Positions 47,455 to 57,861 of a stretch of DNA of 64,000 nt are shown here, piece after piece. Position 1 is the stretch's first letter; every line of letters begins with the position of its first letter. The notes beneath the pieces were generated by a model that saw only the letters and a list, made by a program, of their open reading frames with translations, did not search any database and was not told the origin of the DNA. The DNA comes from a virus. The stretch is taken from positions 37,256 through 101,255 of the IMG/VR virus record IMGVR_UViG_3300035670_000078; one strand, written 5' to 3'. A program made the translations under genes and the position numbers.

Positions 47455-47949
47455 TCAAGTGGACGCTTGCTCCACCCTGCTCTCGATGATGCGGATCGCA
47501 ACCCAAGAGCAAGACTCCATCAACACCGACCCGTTGTTGTACGTGATCGAGCGGCTAGAAGGCTTCCAGCCGATAATCGTGTACACGGGTGCGGGATTCA
47601 CGCCGCTAGTGGTGACTCCGGCCGTGTCCTCAAGCGTGAACTCCTTCTCAAGGAGCTTGATGAGGTCGGGAGTGTCGTTCGCCTGGTTGTACCAAAGCGG
47701 CTGACCGCCGCTAGTGGTTTGATGGGCAAGCGGCTCACTGTAGACGCGGAAACGGTCGAACGACCCGGAGACCTTCACGCCGACCAGCTCATGGGTCTGC
47801 GTGTAGACGTCACCGAGAACGTCGATCGGGAATTGGGAGTACGCCTCCTCAGCGCGGAAACCCGTGGCCCATCCGATCGGCACGCCGCCGACCTTAATGA
47901 TACCGCGAGCGGCTGAGAATGCCTGCTTAACAAGATTAGGTGCAGCCAT
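47455..47949 (-). CDS. tail tube protein
   Basis: Follows the sheath; IKVGGVPIGWATG..PIDVLGD pattern. Confidence 0.85.
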   Translation of the reverse strand: MAAPNLVKQAFSAARGIIKVGGVPIGWATGFRAEEAYSQFPIDVLGDVYTQTHELVGVKVSGSFDRFRVYSEPLAHQTTSGGQPLWYNQANDTPDLIKLLEKEFTLEDTAGVTTSGVNPAPVYTIIGWKPSSRSITYNNGSVLMESCSWVAIRIIESRVEQAST

Positions 47950-47959
47950 CGCTTACCTC

Positions 47960-50071
47960 TCAGAAGGTCTGGGTCACCGGCGCCGAAACCTTGGCGCGGA
48001 TAACGATGAAGTTGACGGGGTAGACCGGCGTGAACTCGTAGTCGACCTCGAAGCGGTCAGCGTACGACCTGATCGAAACCTTCGTCTGGTCGAAGGTCTT
48101 GATGATGCCATAGCGCTTCTGGCGGTCAAGCTCGCCAATCACAGCCGCGCGAACATCGGCGCCAGTGGCGACCGCGCCGTTGTCGAGGGTCATCAGGCCA
48201 CGGAGCGCGCGACGCATGCTCTTCAGCGAAAGCATGAGCGAGCGGACCGAGGTGCGCTCCGTGCGGCGGACGTCCTGGTCAGCCGTGTAGGAGGTGATGT
48301 CGCGCTGAACCTGCGGGGACTGGCCCGGCGGATCAATGAGGAACACGAAGCCACTCTTGATGAGGGCCTCGCGGGACTCACGCGAGTAGAGCGCCGAGTT
48401 ACGGCGGTAGGCCGTGACGCGAGGCGAGCGGTAGGTCAGGGGGACCAGACCGGACGTGGACGCATCGAAGGCCGCCATCAGCACCGCATTCCAGTAGGGG
48501 AGCATCTCCTCAACCTGGTTGTTGTACTGGACGAGCGAGACCGCGTCGATCGGCATCGAGACGTACTCGCTGCCGAGCGTGACCTGACGAGCGGTGAGCT
48601 GCGCGTAGGTCTCGTCGTCGCCGACCGGAAGCCACAGGATGCGCTCGTTGGCGCCGACGCCCCACATACGCTGAACGTGAGCGATGAACTTCGGCAGGAT
48701 CGTGTCCGAAGCCGCCGCCGTGCCCGTGGGGTCGTAGAGCGGGGCGACGATGTCGATGTCGTACCACTCAAGCTCACCGAGAGCATTTTCCCAGTCAGTG
48801 GCCGTCGCAGAGACCTGCGAGCCACCGGCGAGGTAGAAGGCCGTCGGGGTCGTCGTGATATTCGGCTCGTTGTCACCAACGCGCTCGACCTCGACGAGTA
48901 GAGACTGGGCCGCGATCGTGCTCGCGATTTTCCAGAGGTTGGCCGTCAGGTCGACATCGAGCACCGTCACGGCGAGGTCGTCGAGTTCCGCGATCTTGAC
49001 CGAGGTCGTGCGGGTCGACGAGGTCGTGACCACAAAGCCCGTGCTCGCGAAGCCCGAGATGTAGCTGATCACGTCGGCGACGTAGGTCTGGCCGGCGGCC
49101 TCGTTGAAGGTCGGGAAGACCGCGCCGGTGATGGTGATCTCACCGTTGAAGCTGACCGAGGTCGCCTCTTGGAAACGAACGTAGACGGGGCCGGTCCACG
49201 ACTTGGTGGAGACCTTGGCGGTCTGCGCCTCGATATCGGTCTTGGTCCAGCTGAGGGTCTCGGTCTCAGCCGCGCCGGTGTCTTTGTTGATACCGGAGAT
49301 GACAATTCCGAGGGGGCCGGTCGTGATGGTGGCCGCAGCGTCCGAGTTGAAGGTGAGGACACCGTCAACCGGGGCGTAGCTGTACCAAGACCAAGCCGAC
49401 GAGCCGGTGACCTTGACGCAGCCCTCATCGACAACGCGCGAGAACGTGACGTCGATGTCCGAGCCGGACTTCTCGAGGCTAACAGCGCCGGACACCGAGC
49501 CGGTGACGCCGGCATTGTCCTCGAAACCAGTCGGGATGGTGACCGCCGGGCTGTAGGTGGGATTGTAGTCGAGCGTGAGCAGCGTCGGCTCAGCCGCAAC
49601 GCGGAAGTTCTCGACGTACGAGCCATTGCGGATCGAGACGTCCCAGCCACCGAGGGTGGCGTTCTCGACAATCTGGAAACGGGTACGGTTACCCTCGGTG
49701 CCCCACTGCTTGGCCGAAAGCTTCAGAACGTTGGCCGAGCCGCTGTCCTGAAGGTAGCCGAAAGCCTGCGTGGTCGCAGTCGGGGAGATGAGGTACACGC
49801 CCGCCGGGCTGTTCTGCGCCGCCGGGTCGTTAGAGGCGTCGAAGATGATGTTCGACAGCTTCTTGAGAGTGGTGTTGGACGGCGAAAGCGCGTCAAACGT
49901 GGCCTGATCGGTCGAGAGGTAGGGCGTATTCTGCTCGAGGAACGGGAACTCGCCGACAACGGCGAGGACGCTCGTGAGCGGAGCCCTACTCTGGAGCTTC
50001 AGGAATTCAGGGATGGCGTAGACACCGGGGATCCCGGTCTCCTGCCCATTGATAACAATGCTACCAGCCAT
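47960..50071 (-). CDS. contractile tail sheath protein
   Basis: IPGVY N-terminus, AKQWGTEGN, LAGG..DWENAL, PLTY, QRDITSY, PVYPVNFI. Confidence 0.9.
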   Translation of the reverse strand: MAGSIVINGQETGIPGVYAIPEFLKLQSRAPLTSVLAVVGEFPFLEQNTPYLSTDQATFDALSPSNTTLKKLSNIIFDASNDPAAQNSPAGVYLISPTATTQAFGYLQDSGSANVLKLSAKQWGTEGNRTRFQIVENATLGGWDVSIRNGSYVENFRVAAEPTLLTLDYNPTYSPAVTIPTGFEDNAGVTGSVSGAVSLEKSGSDIDVTFSRVVDEGCVKVTGSSAWSWYSYAPVDGVLTFNSDAAATITTGPLGIVISGINKDTGAAETETLSWTKTDIEAQTAKVSTKSWTGPVYVRFQEATSVSFNGEITITGAVFPTFNEAAGQTYVADVISYISGFASTGFVVTTSSTRTTSVKIAELDDLAVTVLDVDLTANLWKIASTIAAQSLLVEVERVGDNEPNITTTPTAFYLAGGSQVSATATDWENALGELEWYDIDIVAPLYDPTGTAAASDTILPKFIAHVQRMWGVGANERILWLPVGDDETYAQLTARQVTLGSEYVSMPIDAVSLVQYNNQVEEMLPYWNAVLMAAFDASTSGLVPLTYRSPRVTAYRRNSALYSRESREALIKSGFVFLIDPPGQSPQVQRDITSYTADQDVRRTERTSVRSLMLSLKSMRRALRGLMTLDNGAVATGADVRAAVIGELDRQKRYGIIKTFDQTKVSIRSYADRFEVDYEFTPVYPVNFIVIRAKVSAPVTQTF

Positions 50072-50081
50072 TGGTCAGCTC

Positions 50082-50810
50082 CTAGTCGTCAGGCGTGGGG
50101 GTGACCCCGCCAGCAGTTGTGCCGTTCAGCTCTTCGTACGTTCGAGTCTCTGGGTTCGGCACGGAGTTCACGAAAGTGCCGGACCTGTGTACGAGAATCT
50201 TTTTCGGTGAGACGATCTGACCACCGAAAGGTCTAAGGGCGAAGACACTGTCTACACCCCAAGTTTGTTTGCGCACGTACTTCAGTACCGTCTCATTTCC
50301 GGCTGCGACTTCTACCGGAGCCAGATCAGATGTTCGTATCCACAGGGGGCGGTTGATGCCCTTTTCGATGAACCAGTCCTGATCGAAAATCAGCGTGCTC
50401 TTGATGAACAAGTCAAGCAGACGAAGAACTTCTCGGTTTGGCGCCATGATGTAAACGCCGATCGATTCAGTCTGCGGAGTTGATGCTTCCAGCTCTCTGA
50501 CGTCGGGCGAGACGCTCGTCAGCGTAGGTCCGACGGAATATCCTACGGGCAGTTGGGGCTCGCAGTTCTCACAGACGATGCTGATGATAATGTGGCTGTC
50601 TTTGTAGACGACGGGCGAGAACGCAGCCTCGACGCGGAATCCGTCGGGTCCCCAGGAGTTGATCTGATCCCACACCATCTCAATGAGTTCGGGAGAAATG
50701 GTGGCGCCGAAGACCGCCTCAAAGTCCGCTAGGTCACCTTCAAAAAATCGAATCCTAGCGTTCTCGATAGACGTCTCAAAAAGGAGGTCACTGAGTATGT
50801 CGTAGGCCAT
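50082..50810 (-). CDS. tail terminator/completion protein
   Basis: Position immediately upstream of the sheath; size and alpha/beta pattern. Confidence 0.55.
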   Translation of the reverse strand: MAYDILSDLLFETSIENARIRFFEGDLADFEAVFGATISPELIEMVWDQINSWGPDGFRVEAAFSPVVYKDSHIIISIVCENCEPQLPVGYSVGPTLTSVSPDVRELEASTPQTESIGVYIMAPNREVLRLLDLFIKSTLIFDQDWFIEKGINRPLWIRTSDLAPVEVAAGNETVLKYVRKQTWGVDSVFALRPFGGQIVSPKKILVHRSGTFVNSVPNPETRTYEELNGTTAGGVTPTPDD

Positions 50811-50820
50811 GTATACCCTC

Positions 50821-52326
50821 TCAGCTACCGGACCAGTTCGCAGACTTTCCTCGCCGCGACTCGTTCAGAGCGTCAGCCACCATGTTAGCTTTTTCAATTT
50901 CTGCGTTGTCTCCGACTTTATCTTTGAACACGTAGCGCTCTTTATTGACGATCGCTTTGGCGTTCTCAAGATACATGCTCCGATACTGCTCCCACTTCTG
51001 CTCAGGGTTCTTCGGGAAGTCGCGGGCAATCAGTTCACGGGCCTTGGCCTCAACGCGCGAGTCGTAGCTCATCTCCTTGGTCGGAGACGCTTGAACGACC
51101 TGAGCTGCAGGAGGTGTCACGACGGCTGGCGCGGGCGATTGCGTTTGAGACCTAGCCGCCATGCTAGCAACAACCGGATCAACGGCGGCGGGAGCAGCGG
51201 ACGTGGAGCTCTTTGCAGCGAACGTAGGGGTTGTAGACGCGATTGGAGCTGAGACCGGAGCGGACGTTGAACGAGACGGTCCTTCTGTTACGGTACCGAG
51301 GTTGATCGGAGCGGCACGCGAATACTTCGGGATGAGGTTGGTGTTGGACCGGAGTACGTTACGGAATCCCTTGTCGACCAGGATGGTAGCGATGCGACGC
51401 ACCAGATCGTCACCGTTAGGGTCGCCAGAAATAATGTTAGCGGGCGGGATACCAACAGCGCGCCAGCGGTTTCTCTGCTTCGGACTGTCACTGATAGTTC
51501 TGAACGTAGCGAACGAGACCTTTCGACCAGCAGCCCGTACGCGCATATTCGCGAATATATGCTGTCGGTGTTGAATCTCCTCACTCTTCTGCAAAGTCTC
51601 AGACCAGAGAATGGTTTTCGTATTTCCAAGCCGAGCAATCGCTTTCTTTTCCAAGTTGGCGCGACCATCGCTAACGCCCGTACGGCGTCGCACACGATCT
51701 CTGCTTGCTTTAGCAGCCTTTACAGCCTTAGCAAGACCAAGCTTGAATGCTTTATCGGCCTTCTGAGCAAATTCACCGGCAAGGTTACCCTCGTTGTCGG
51801 TCTCGAATTTCTGCTTCATCCAGTCGGTAACAACTGTCTCGATGGCACTTTGGCTATTACCAAGGTCAAACTTTATGACCTTCCAGTGCCTTGACTCAGA
51901 TTGCCAAGTAGTGGCAACGTTAGCAGGCTTTCCGCTATAGAGCAGCAGCGGCCTGAGGTCTTTCGGTGTGCCGTCGTAGGTGCCGATACCATCGTTGATG
52001 GTAGACCCATTACTCTGCGGTGGTGCCCAGCCCGCCTCAATCTTTGCAGCGTCGGCGGTGCCGAGCGAGAGGATGATGCTGTCCCCCTTGAGGACAACAG
52101 GCTCGATACCTTGGAGGTATCGAGCGAGGTACTTGGCTCGCGAGCCTGTAAGCTTTTTCGTGGCGAGTGCTCGCCACTCAGCGTCTATGAGCTTAACGAT
52201 CTCTTTACGAAGTCGCTGGGTAATGTCAGCGAGGTAGCGCTGCTTTATCTCGTTAACCAGCTTACCAACTTGCTGATTTGTAGCCTCATCAAGCTTTATC
52301 TGCGCGTTGGAGCGTTTTATTCTCAT
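50821..52326 (-). CDS. neck/virion morphogenesis protein
   Basis: YLQGI..DLRPLLL..TFRTISDS..W pattern as in SPO1/K-like neck genes; basic; Ala/Pro linker. Confidence 0.6.
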   Translation of the reverse strand: MRIKRSNAQIKLDEATNQQVGKLVNEIKQRYLADITQRLRKEIVKLIDAEWRALATKKLTGSRAKYLARYLQGIEPVVLKGDSIILSLGTADAAKIEAGWAPPQSNGSTINDGIGTYDGTPKDLRPLLLYSGKPANVATTWQSESRHWKVIKFDLGNSQSAIETVVTDWMKQKFETDNEGNLAGEFAQKADKAFKLGLAKAVKAAKASRDRVRRRTGVSDGRANLEKKAIARLGNTKTILWSETLQKSEEIQHRQHIFANMRVRAAGRKVSFATFRTISDSPKQRNRWRAVGIPPANIISGDPNGDDLVRRIATILVDKGFRNVLRSNTNLIPKYSRAAPINLGTVTEGPSRSTSAPVSAPIASTTPTFAAKSSTSAAPAAVDPVVASMAARSQTQSPAPAVVTPPAAQVVQASPTKEMSYDSRVEAKARELIARDFPKNPEQKWEQYRSMYLENAKAIVNKERYVFKDKVGDNAEIEKANMVADALNESRRGKSANWSGS

Positions 52327-53198
52327 GGAAGCTCATCAGAAGGCGATGCCTCTGCCCCCGTGACATCACCGACAACAGGCGGATTCCTGGCGCCGAAGAA
52401 CTCAGGTACGCAAACCACCTTGACGGGATGAAGCCCTAGCTGCCGGTCATCCATGGTGGCAGCGTCATTCTGGTAGAGGTCGCGCTGGGCGTACGGAAAA
52501 CCTCTGACCACGAAGGACGGCCGGCCGTAATACCTGATCGCGAGCCTGGAGCCGATGGGAGGTGCCCCAGCACCAGCGATCGACCAATCAAGGTCGCCGT
52601 CGTCGTTGACGGTGAAATGCTCGTTCTCGGTGTACTCCGTCGCGAGCAACTCACCGTTCAGCCCTGCAGCCCGGCAATAAAGCACGCCGATCTCGGCCCG
52701 CTCGGGTTCGGTCTGGTCGCCCTCGGAGCCGAGGTACATGAGACGCTTCACGATCGGGAAGCGCGGACGCTCGATAGTCGCGGAGTGTCTGAAGCCCGTC
52801 TCCTCGTAAACGACCACACCCCGAGTTAGAGTGAACCGGTCGTTCATTGCAGGTAGGTGCTCGGGCAAAAGCGTAATGAAGACCGAGCCTTCAGAGTACC
52901 TTCCGTAGAGGTTGAAGAACTTCTGGTCGAACATCGCGTCCGTCAGCATCCCGATGGTGGTCTGACGGTTCGAATAGATGACGCCGCTACCCTTGCAGCC
53001 CGGACAGTCGATTCTGTTCTGCGAGATGAGTGTGGTTCTGGTGGACGACGTGACGCGCGCTTGGCACGGGCAGGACATCGCCCAGTCCCAGGTGAGTTCT
53101 CGCCCTTTCTGGAAAAGGGCACGCCTGAACTCCTCGAGATCGAAATCGACGGTATCGGGCTCGATGTACTTCGGGAGGACGAGGCGTAGTTGCGGCAT
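52323..53198 (-). CDS. head-tail/neck protein
   Basis: W..AMSCPC...CPGCKGSG and DRFT, as in SPO1/K-like neck proteins. Confidence 0.7.
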   Translation of the reverse strand: MPQLRLVLPKYIEPDTVDFDLEEFRRALFQKGRELTWDWAMSCPCQARVTSSTRTTLISQNRIDCPGCKGSGVIYSNRQTTIGMLTDAMFDQKFFNLYGRYSEGSVFITLLPEHLPAMNDRFTLTRGVVVYEETGFRHSATIERPRFPIVKRLMYLGSEGDQTEPERAEIGVLYCRAAGLNGELLATEYTENEHFTVNDDGDLDWSIAGAGAPPIGSRLAIRYYGRPSFVVRGFPYAQRDLYQNDAATMDDRQLGLHPVKVVCVPEFFGARNPPVVGDVTGAEASPSDELP

Positions 53199-53206
53199 GT
53201 GTCACC

Positions 53207-54151
53207 TCAGACAGAGAATCCGCGAACCGGGGTGTAGTCGGAGTGAAGGGCGCGCATGGCACTCTCAGCCGCGAGCCTGAGTTCCTTCTGCCAGTTGGCA
53301 TACGGTCCTCGAGGATCGATGCTCTTGGCCTGGCGCATACCGTCGATCTGCAGGTGTTTATCGGTGACGCCGGCCCCGTAAATCAGAGTACCGGCCAAGC
53401 TTAGCATCGGGATGGCGGCGAGCGCCGAGACGGCCGAAAGAGCCGAACCTGGGTAAGCGAGATGAATGGCTTCACCTGAGTACGTCGCGGGAAAGGTACC
53501 GCTGACCTTGTAGGTCGACCCATTGACAACAGCGGCGATGCGACGCGGGTGCCCGCCAATCTTGACCCACTGACCAGACTCAAGACCGTAAGCAGCGTTG
53601 GTCGTGTCGTCGGTAATGGTGACTGTGTTGGAATTGGCGACGGTGTTATGCGTGCCGACCAGCAGAGAGTCGAAGCCGGCATAGAAATCGATCTTAATGA
53701 GACCGGGCATATACTCAGGGCGGTCATTCCATCCGACACCCCAGTAGGTAAGGAAGAATGGATGTGTGCTGAGTGTGGGTCCGGGCACGATCTGCACCTG
53801 CCCGTATTTGTTCGATCGAAGCAGCGTTCGGTCAGGCTCAAGGTCGTAGCCTGGGAAATTAGCCCAGACGATCGAGATCTTATCGACCTTTCGCAGAGGG
53901 CGACGGAGCGTCTTCTTCAGGTAGAAGGTCTCGTCGTGCCACTCGAGCGAATCGTGCCGCTCTTCGTGAAGCTTGCGGTGGTCGGTACGCAGGGTGAGGC
54001 CGGTCATCTCCTCGACCTCAGCCACTGCGTTATCAATCGACCGGTAGAAATAGTCGTCCGACACCGGGGTACCATCACGCCCGACAAACTTCACCGTCGG
54101 GAGGACGGCATTCTTGATGTACTCTGGCGTGATGATATCGGTGATCGGCAT
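53207..54151 (-). CDS. head-tail adaptor/neck protein
   Basis: IDNAVAEVE, RPL, PGLIKIDFYAG, LQIDGMRQ. Confidence 0.7.
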   Translation of the reverse strand: MPITDIITPEYIKNAVLPTVKFVGRDGTPVSDDYFYRSIDNAVAEVEEMTGLTLRTDHRKLHEERHDSLEWHDETFYLKKTLRRPLRKVDKISIVWANFPGYDLEPDRTLLRSNKYGQVQIVPGPTLSTHPFFLTYWGVGWNDRPEYMPGLIKIDFYAGFDSLLVGTHNTVANSNTVTITDDTTNAAYGLESGQWVKIGGHPRRIAAVVNGSTYKVSGTFPATYSGEAIHLAYPGSALSAVSALAAIPMLSLAGTLIYGAGVTDKHLQIDGMRQAKSIDPRGPYANWQKELRLAAESAMRALHSDYTPVRGFSV

Positions 54152-54154
54152 GAC

Positions 54155-54628
54155 TCAGGCTCCCTTCAAAAGCTCGACGAGCTTGGCCTTGGTGGCATTT
54201 GACGGGTACTTGATCTCAAAGGCGTCGCAGAGGTCGCGAAGTTCCGCTGCAGTCAACTTTGAGTAGTCTTCAGTCGCAGCCTTCGATGCAACTACCGGCG
54301 CTGGCGCGGGGGCAATTTCCGCCGGGAGGATATCAACGAACACGTTATCGTCGTCCTCGTCTTCATCCTCGACCGGAACGATGAGGTTCGGGGTCTTAGG
54401 CTCGCTGGGCTTCACAGCGAAATTGAAGACAGGCAGGTCGGGCTTCTTTTCAGGCTCAGCGACATCGGCCCGCTCAACCCATTTCAGGTAGACCTCGAGC
54501 TTCATAGAAGAAACCTGAAGGTCCGTAGGTTGGGGGTCGAGGACGCCGTCAGCGTCGACAGAAAAGAGAAGAGGTCCGAAGGCGATCTTCCCGTTGGAAG
54601 GAATTTCACGAAGAGCGCGCAGCCGCAT
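54155..54628 (-). CDS. hypothetical protein with C-terminal HeH/SAP/Rho-N-like motif
   Basis: YSKLTAAELRDLCDAFEIKYPSNATKAKLVELL. Confidence 0.7.
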   Translation of the reverse strand: MRLRALREIPSNGKIAFGPLLFSVDADGVLDPQPTDLQVSSMKLEVYLKWVERADVAEPEKKPDLPVFNFAVKPSEPKTPNLIVPVEDEDEDDDNVFVDILPAEIAPAPAPVVASKAATEDYSKLTAAELRDLCDAFEIKYPSNATKAKLVELLKGA

Positions 54629-54642
54629 ATTTGTTCTCCTTG

Positions 54643-54682
54643 AAACAAGAAGGGGGAGGCGGCGTGGGCCTCCTCCCCCTTC
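54643..54682 (-). terminator. terminator after major capsid gene
   Basis: GAAGGGGGAG/CTCCCCCTTC stem followed by TTGTTT on - strand. Confidence 0.65.
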
Positions 54683-54711
54683 AAGTTAGCCGATCAGGCC
54701 GTTATCAGCTA

Positions 54712-56205
54712 TCAAGCGTAGCCGACGTTGTCCAGGATCCAGTGCTTCTGGGGAACGCCCATTTTGAGCGCGCCGAAGAGCATGATCATGAACTGGGTCG
54801 TGGCGCTGCGCGACACGGTGATCGGGCGGCGGGTGAGGTCAAGGAAGTTGACCCACTCCATGCAGTCGCGGCGGTTGGTGAGGATGTACACCGGCGACTT
54901 CTGCGGGCGGTGCTCGTTGATCTCGTCGAAGCGGGTGTGGGTACCCGAGGCAACGAGGTTGCGAGCAAAGCGGCCGACGAACCAGTACTCGTTCTGGTCA
55001 GCCGGGGCGCCAGCGCCCGTCGCAACGTCAGCGCGGAAGACGTTGTAGTAACGGATCGAGTTCGTGCCGTAGGAGGGCACGCCCGCGTCGTTGATGGTGA
55101 AGCGGCTGGAACCGCCCGCCGCCGAGTGCGAAACCGCCGCCGAAGCCGCGAAGTTGACCGCGCCCTCGTCGCCGATGCCTTCGACGATGTAGTGGAAGTC
55201 CTTGCCCGTCACGTCGGCGGTCTTGAACTTCGAGCCGGTGACCGACGCCTGGTAGGCGATGGACGGCGCGATGACAGCCGGAGCGCCGTCGCCCTCGGGG
55301 CGCGAGATCGGGTGCTCGCGGTGCGAGAGGAAGGGGATCGACAGGATGGGGATATTCCCGTGAGCCGTCGAGACGAAGAGCTTGCCGACGCCGCCGTAGA
55401 TGTCGCGCTGCTGCGAGATCTCCATACGGCCGTACTTGCTGAGCATCTGGTTCTGGAGGTTCGTCCACACGCGGTGGTCGCACCAGATCTCAGTGGGCTT
55501 CGCGTAGTACGGAGGATTGGTCATACGACCAATGATCTCCTGAAGCTCCTCGAGGGAGGTCACGGAGCCTTCGGCATCGCGGAAGTTCGACGGAGCGCCG
55601 GAGCGGATCGACTTGTAGATACCGTCGTACTCGAGCGGGTTGATGGACGAGTCGCCGTGGAAGAGGAAGGACTCCATCTTCTGGACGAGTTCCATCATGC
55701 CGTCCATCGAGGCGATCGAGATCGCCTGGGGCGACGGGTGCATCATGCCGGTCATCGACGCGACGTCGGTGATCTGGCGGAAGGTCGCGGCGTACTTGAC
55801 GCGGACAACCTTACGCTCGAACGACGACTCGCTGATGGCGGGGACGCCACCTTCGCGGACGAACGGGTTCAGCGCTGCCGAGCCGTAGCTGCGGCGAACG
55901 TTGTACTCGTGCATCGGGGACGAAGCCGAGGTCTTGGCGAGGAGCTTCCAAGCGACAATGTGCTCATCGTCGAAGGTCGCGTTGTCCAGCATGGGCTGGA
56001 TGGACTGGGGAACGAGCGGGGCGAACTCGCCGCCGGGGAGCGTGCCACTGTCGTAGCCAACGCCCTGGAGCGGGTAGTTCACACCACCCTTACGGAGGCC
56101 AAGCATCGCCGCCGAGCGGAGAGCCTGGTTGAGCTTACGAAGCTCGCCGACGCTGGCGTCAAAGCCTTCCGGCGGCAGCCCTGCGAGAAGATCCTGAGGA
56201 ATCAT
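54712..56205 (-). CDS. major capsid protein (SPO1/A511-like)
   Basis: 497 aa, strongest codon bias, PQSI..HEYN..FVREGG..VKY..E..LFHGD..LEYDGI; follows protease and scaffold. Confidence 0.9.
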   Translation of the reverse strand: MIPQDLLAGLPPEGFDASVGELRKLNQALRSAAMLGLRKGGVNYPLQGVGYDSGTLPGGEFAPLVPQSIQPMLDNATFDDEHIVAWKLLAKTSASSPMHEYNVRRSYGSAALNPFVREGGVPAISESSFERKVVRVKYAATFRQITDVASMTGMMHPSPQAISIASMDGMMELVQKMESFLFHGDSSINPLEYDGIYKSIRSGAPSNFRDAEGSVTSLEELQEIIGRMTNPPYYAKPTEIWCDHRVWTNLQNQMLSKYGRMEISQQRDIYGGVGKLFVSTAHGNIPILSIPFLSHREHPISRPEGDGAPAVIAPSIAYQASVTGSKFKTADVTGKDFHYIVEGIGDEGAVNFAASAAVSHSAAGGSSRFTINDAGVPSYGTNSIRYYNVFRADVATGAGAPADQNEYWFVGRFARNLVASGTHTRFDEINEHRPQKSPVYILTNRRDCMEWVNFLDLTRRPITVSRSATTQFMIMLFGALKMGVPQKHWILDNVGYA

Positions 56206-56236
56206 GCGTTAGTCTCCTGTGTCAGAGGCCGTCAGA

Positions 56237-56989
56237 TCAGGCCTGAAGCCCGAGGTTGTAGCGGGTGTTGACGTCGCTCGGGAGCGCGCCGGAGAAGATC
56301 TCACCAAGCGCGAAGCGAAGCTCCTGCTTGCGGTCCTCAGCGGTGCCACCCTTGGCGATGTTCTCGTTGCAGAACTGCTCGACCTTGGTGAAGAGAGCAA
56401 GCTCGCGGTCAACTTCGATGTTGCCGGTGGCCTGCGCAACGACACCGTCAGCCGCGCCGCGAGCCGCCTCAGCGGGGTGCGGGACGACGGCGGTCGCCTG
56501 GGTCGACTTCGGGCCGCCCTTCGTGATGGCCTCAAGGCCCTTACGAAGCTCGGCAACAGTGTTGGTCAGCTCTGCATTGCGGCGGTCCATCTCGGCGAGG
56601 GTCGTGAGGACCGTCTTCTCGATGTTGCCGAGGGCGGTGAGACCCTTGACGAGCTGGGTGTAGTGGCGGTCCGACTGAGCCGAGAGCGCCGAGACCGAAG
56701 CCTCAATGTCAACGAGAGCCGACGCGCTGTCGACGTCCTCGTTGCCAACGAAGCGGGAGCCGCCCTTGACGATCTTGGCCGGGGCTGCGGGGGCAACCTC
56801 AGCGACAAAGGACTTGGCCAGTTCGTCGATGAGCTTGCTCATCTCGGCCTGACCGATAATGGGAGCCGCGCCGAGGTCGTCCTCGAGCTGGCCCTTGTGG
56901 ATCTTCTCGACGCAGATGGCTCGGGCTTCATCGTCGCCGAGCGTCGGAAGGAGCTTCTGAAACAGCTCGCTCGCCTTTCCCTTGATCAT
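56237..56989 (-). CDS. scaffolding-like protein
   Basis: Lies between protease and MCP; coiled coil; many hydrophobic-x-K-[GS] motifs. Confidence 0.7.
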   Translation of the reverse strand: MIKGKASELFQKLLPTLGDDEARAICVEKIHKGQLEDDLGAAPIIGQAEMSKLIDELAKSFVAEVAPAAPAKIVKGGSRFVGNEDVDSASALVDIEASVSALSAQSDRHYTQLVKGLTALGNIEKTVLTTLAEMDRRNAELTNTVAELRKGLEAITKGGPKSTQATAVVPHPAEAARGAADGVVAQATGNIEVDRELALFTKVEQFCNENIAKGGTAEDRKQELRFALGEIFSGALPSDVNTRYNLGLQA

Positions 56990-57861
56990 GGTTTTCCTGC
57001 CTTGTTTTGGGGTCCGACGCGAAGGCCCTTCGCCGTCAGGGACTGAACGATATAATCGAAAACACTTTCTGCCTGTGACCAGGTAAGTTCCTGCGACCAG
57101 GTCTTGGCGATTTGCATCACCAATTTCTCGCGATCAATTGATTGGGCACCTTGAAGAGACTGCGCAACCAATGGAGCAATCTCACCAACGTAGCCGGCAC
57201 CCTGCATGGGATAACCAACCTGCGCTTTGGTGATGGTTGCACCATTAGCTGACATCATCATGGGCTCCCACCAAGAGTCATGATTTCTTGGAGCAGCGGT
57301 AACCGCAAGCCACTTTACGCGGCCTTTTGCGATACGCTTCCCGACGCGCTGCTTGACGCCGCCCTCGATGGAAAATCCAATCGAGCGCTGGGCACCAGCC
57401 CGCTTCATAACTCTGGCTTTCTTGTAAGTGACGCGGCCCATCTTATCTTCAAGATAGAGGTCAGCGACGACCTTAGTCGCCTTGACCATCTGCCCCGTGA
57501 TCGCCGACTTGATCTCAGTCAGCTCAATGCCCACCGGGTAGCCGATGGTATTGACCACTCCGACGGGATGCTCAAGCAAAATCAGCCCGTGGCCCTTTTG
57601 CCCGCCCTTACCGATGAAGTAATCCCACTCGAGACCTTCCTGATCGACGATGTCACCATCCTCGTCAGGCGCCTCAGACGTGGCGATTCCAGAAATGCGG
57701 CCAAGCCTCGGCTTGGTCTTAGTCCCCTTGGAAAAACCTTCGATCGTTACCGAGGCCGGCGTCCAAAGACGGAACCGGTCCTCGTCAAGAAAGATCGAAG
57801 AGTCAAACCCGGAGGAAAGACCGCCGAAGCTAACAAGCTGTGGTTGTGCAGCAGTGTTCAC
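56986..57861 (-). CDS. prohead maturation protease
   Basis: GIATSEAPDEDGDIVDQEGL, LLEH, GFSIEG, AVTAAPRN. Confidence 0.85.
   Translation of the reverse strand: MNTAAQPQLVSFGGLSSGFDSSIFLDEDRFRLWTPASVTIEGFSKGTKTKPRLGRISGIATSEAPDEDGDIVDQEGLEWDYFIGKGGQKGHGLILLEHPVGVVNTIGYPVGIELTEIKSAITGQMVKATKVVADLYLEDKMGRVTYKKARVMKRAGAQRSIGFSIEGGVKQRVGKRIAKGRVKWLAVTAAPRNHDSWWEPMMMSANGATITKAQVGYPMQGAGYVGEIAPLVAQSLQGAQSIDREKLVMQIAKTWSQELTWSQAESVFDYIVQSLTAKGLRVGPQNKAGKP

Noticed and set aside
47864-50104. + strand ORFs of 345 and 311 aa
   Set aside because: Antisense to the tail sheath gene
54631-56271. 546-aa + strand ORF
   Set aside because: Antisense shadow of the major capsid gene; strong codon bias (few TTA/CTA/TCA codons) removes stops on the reverse strand
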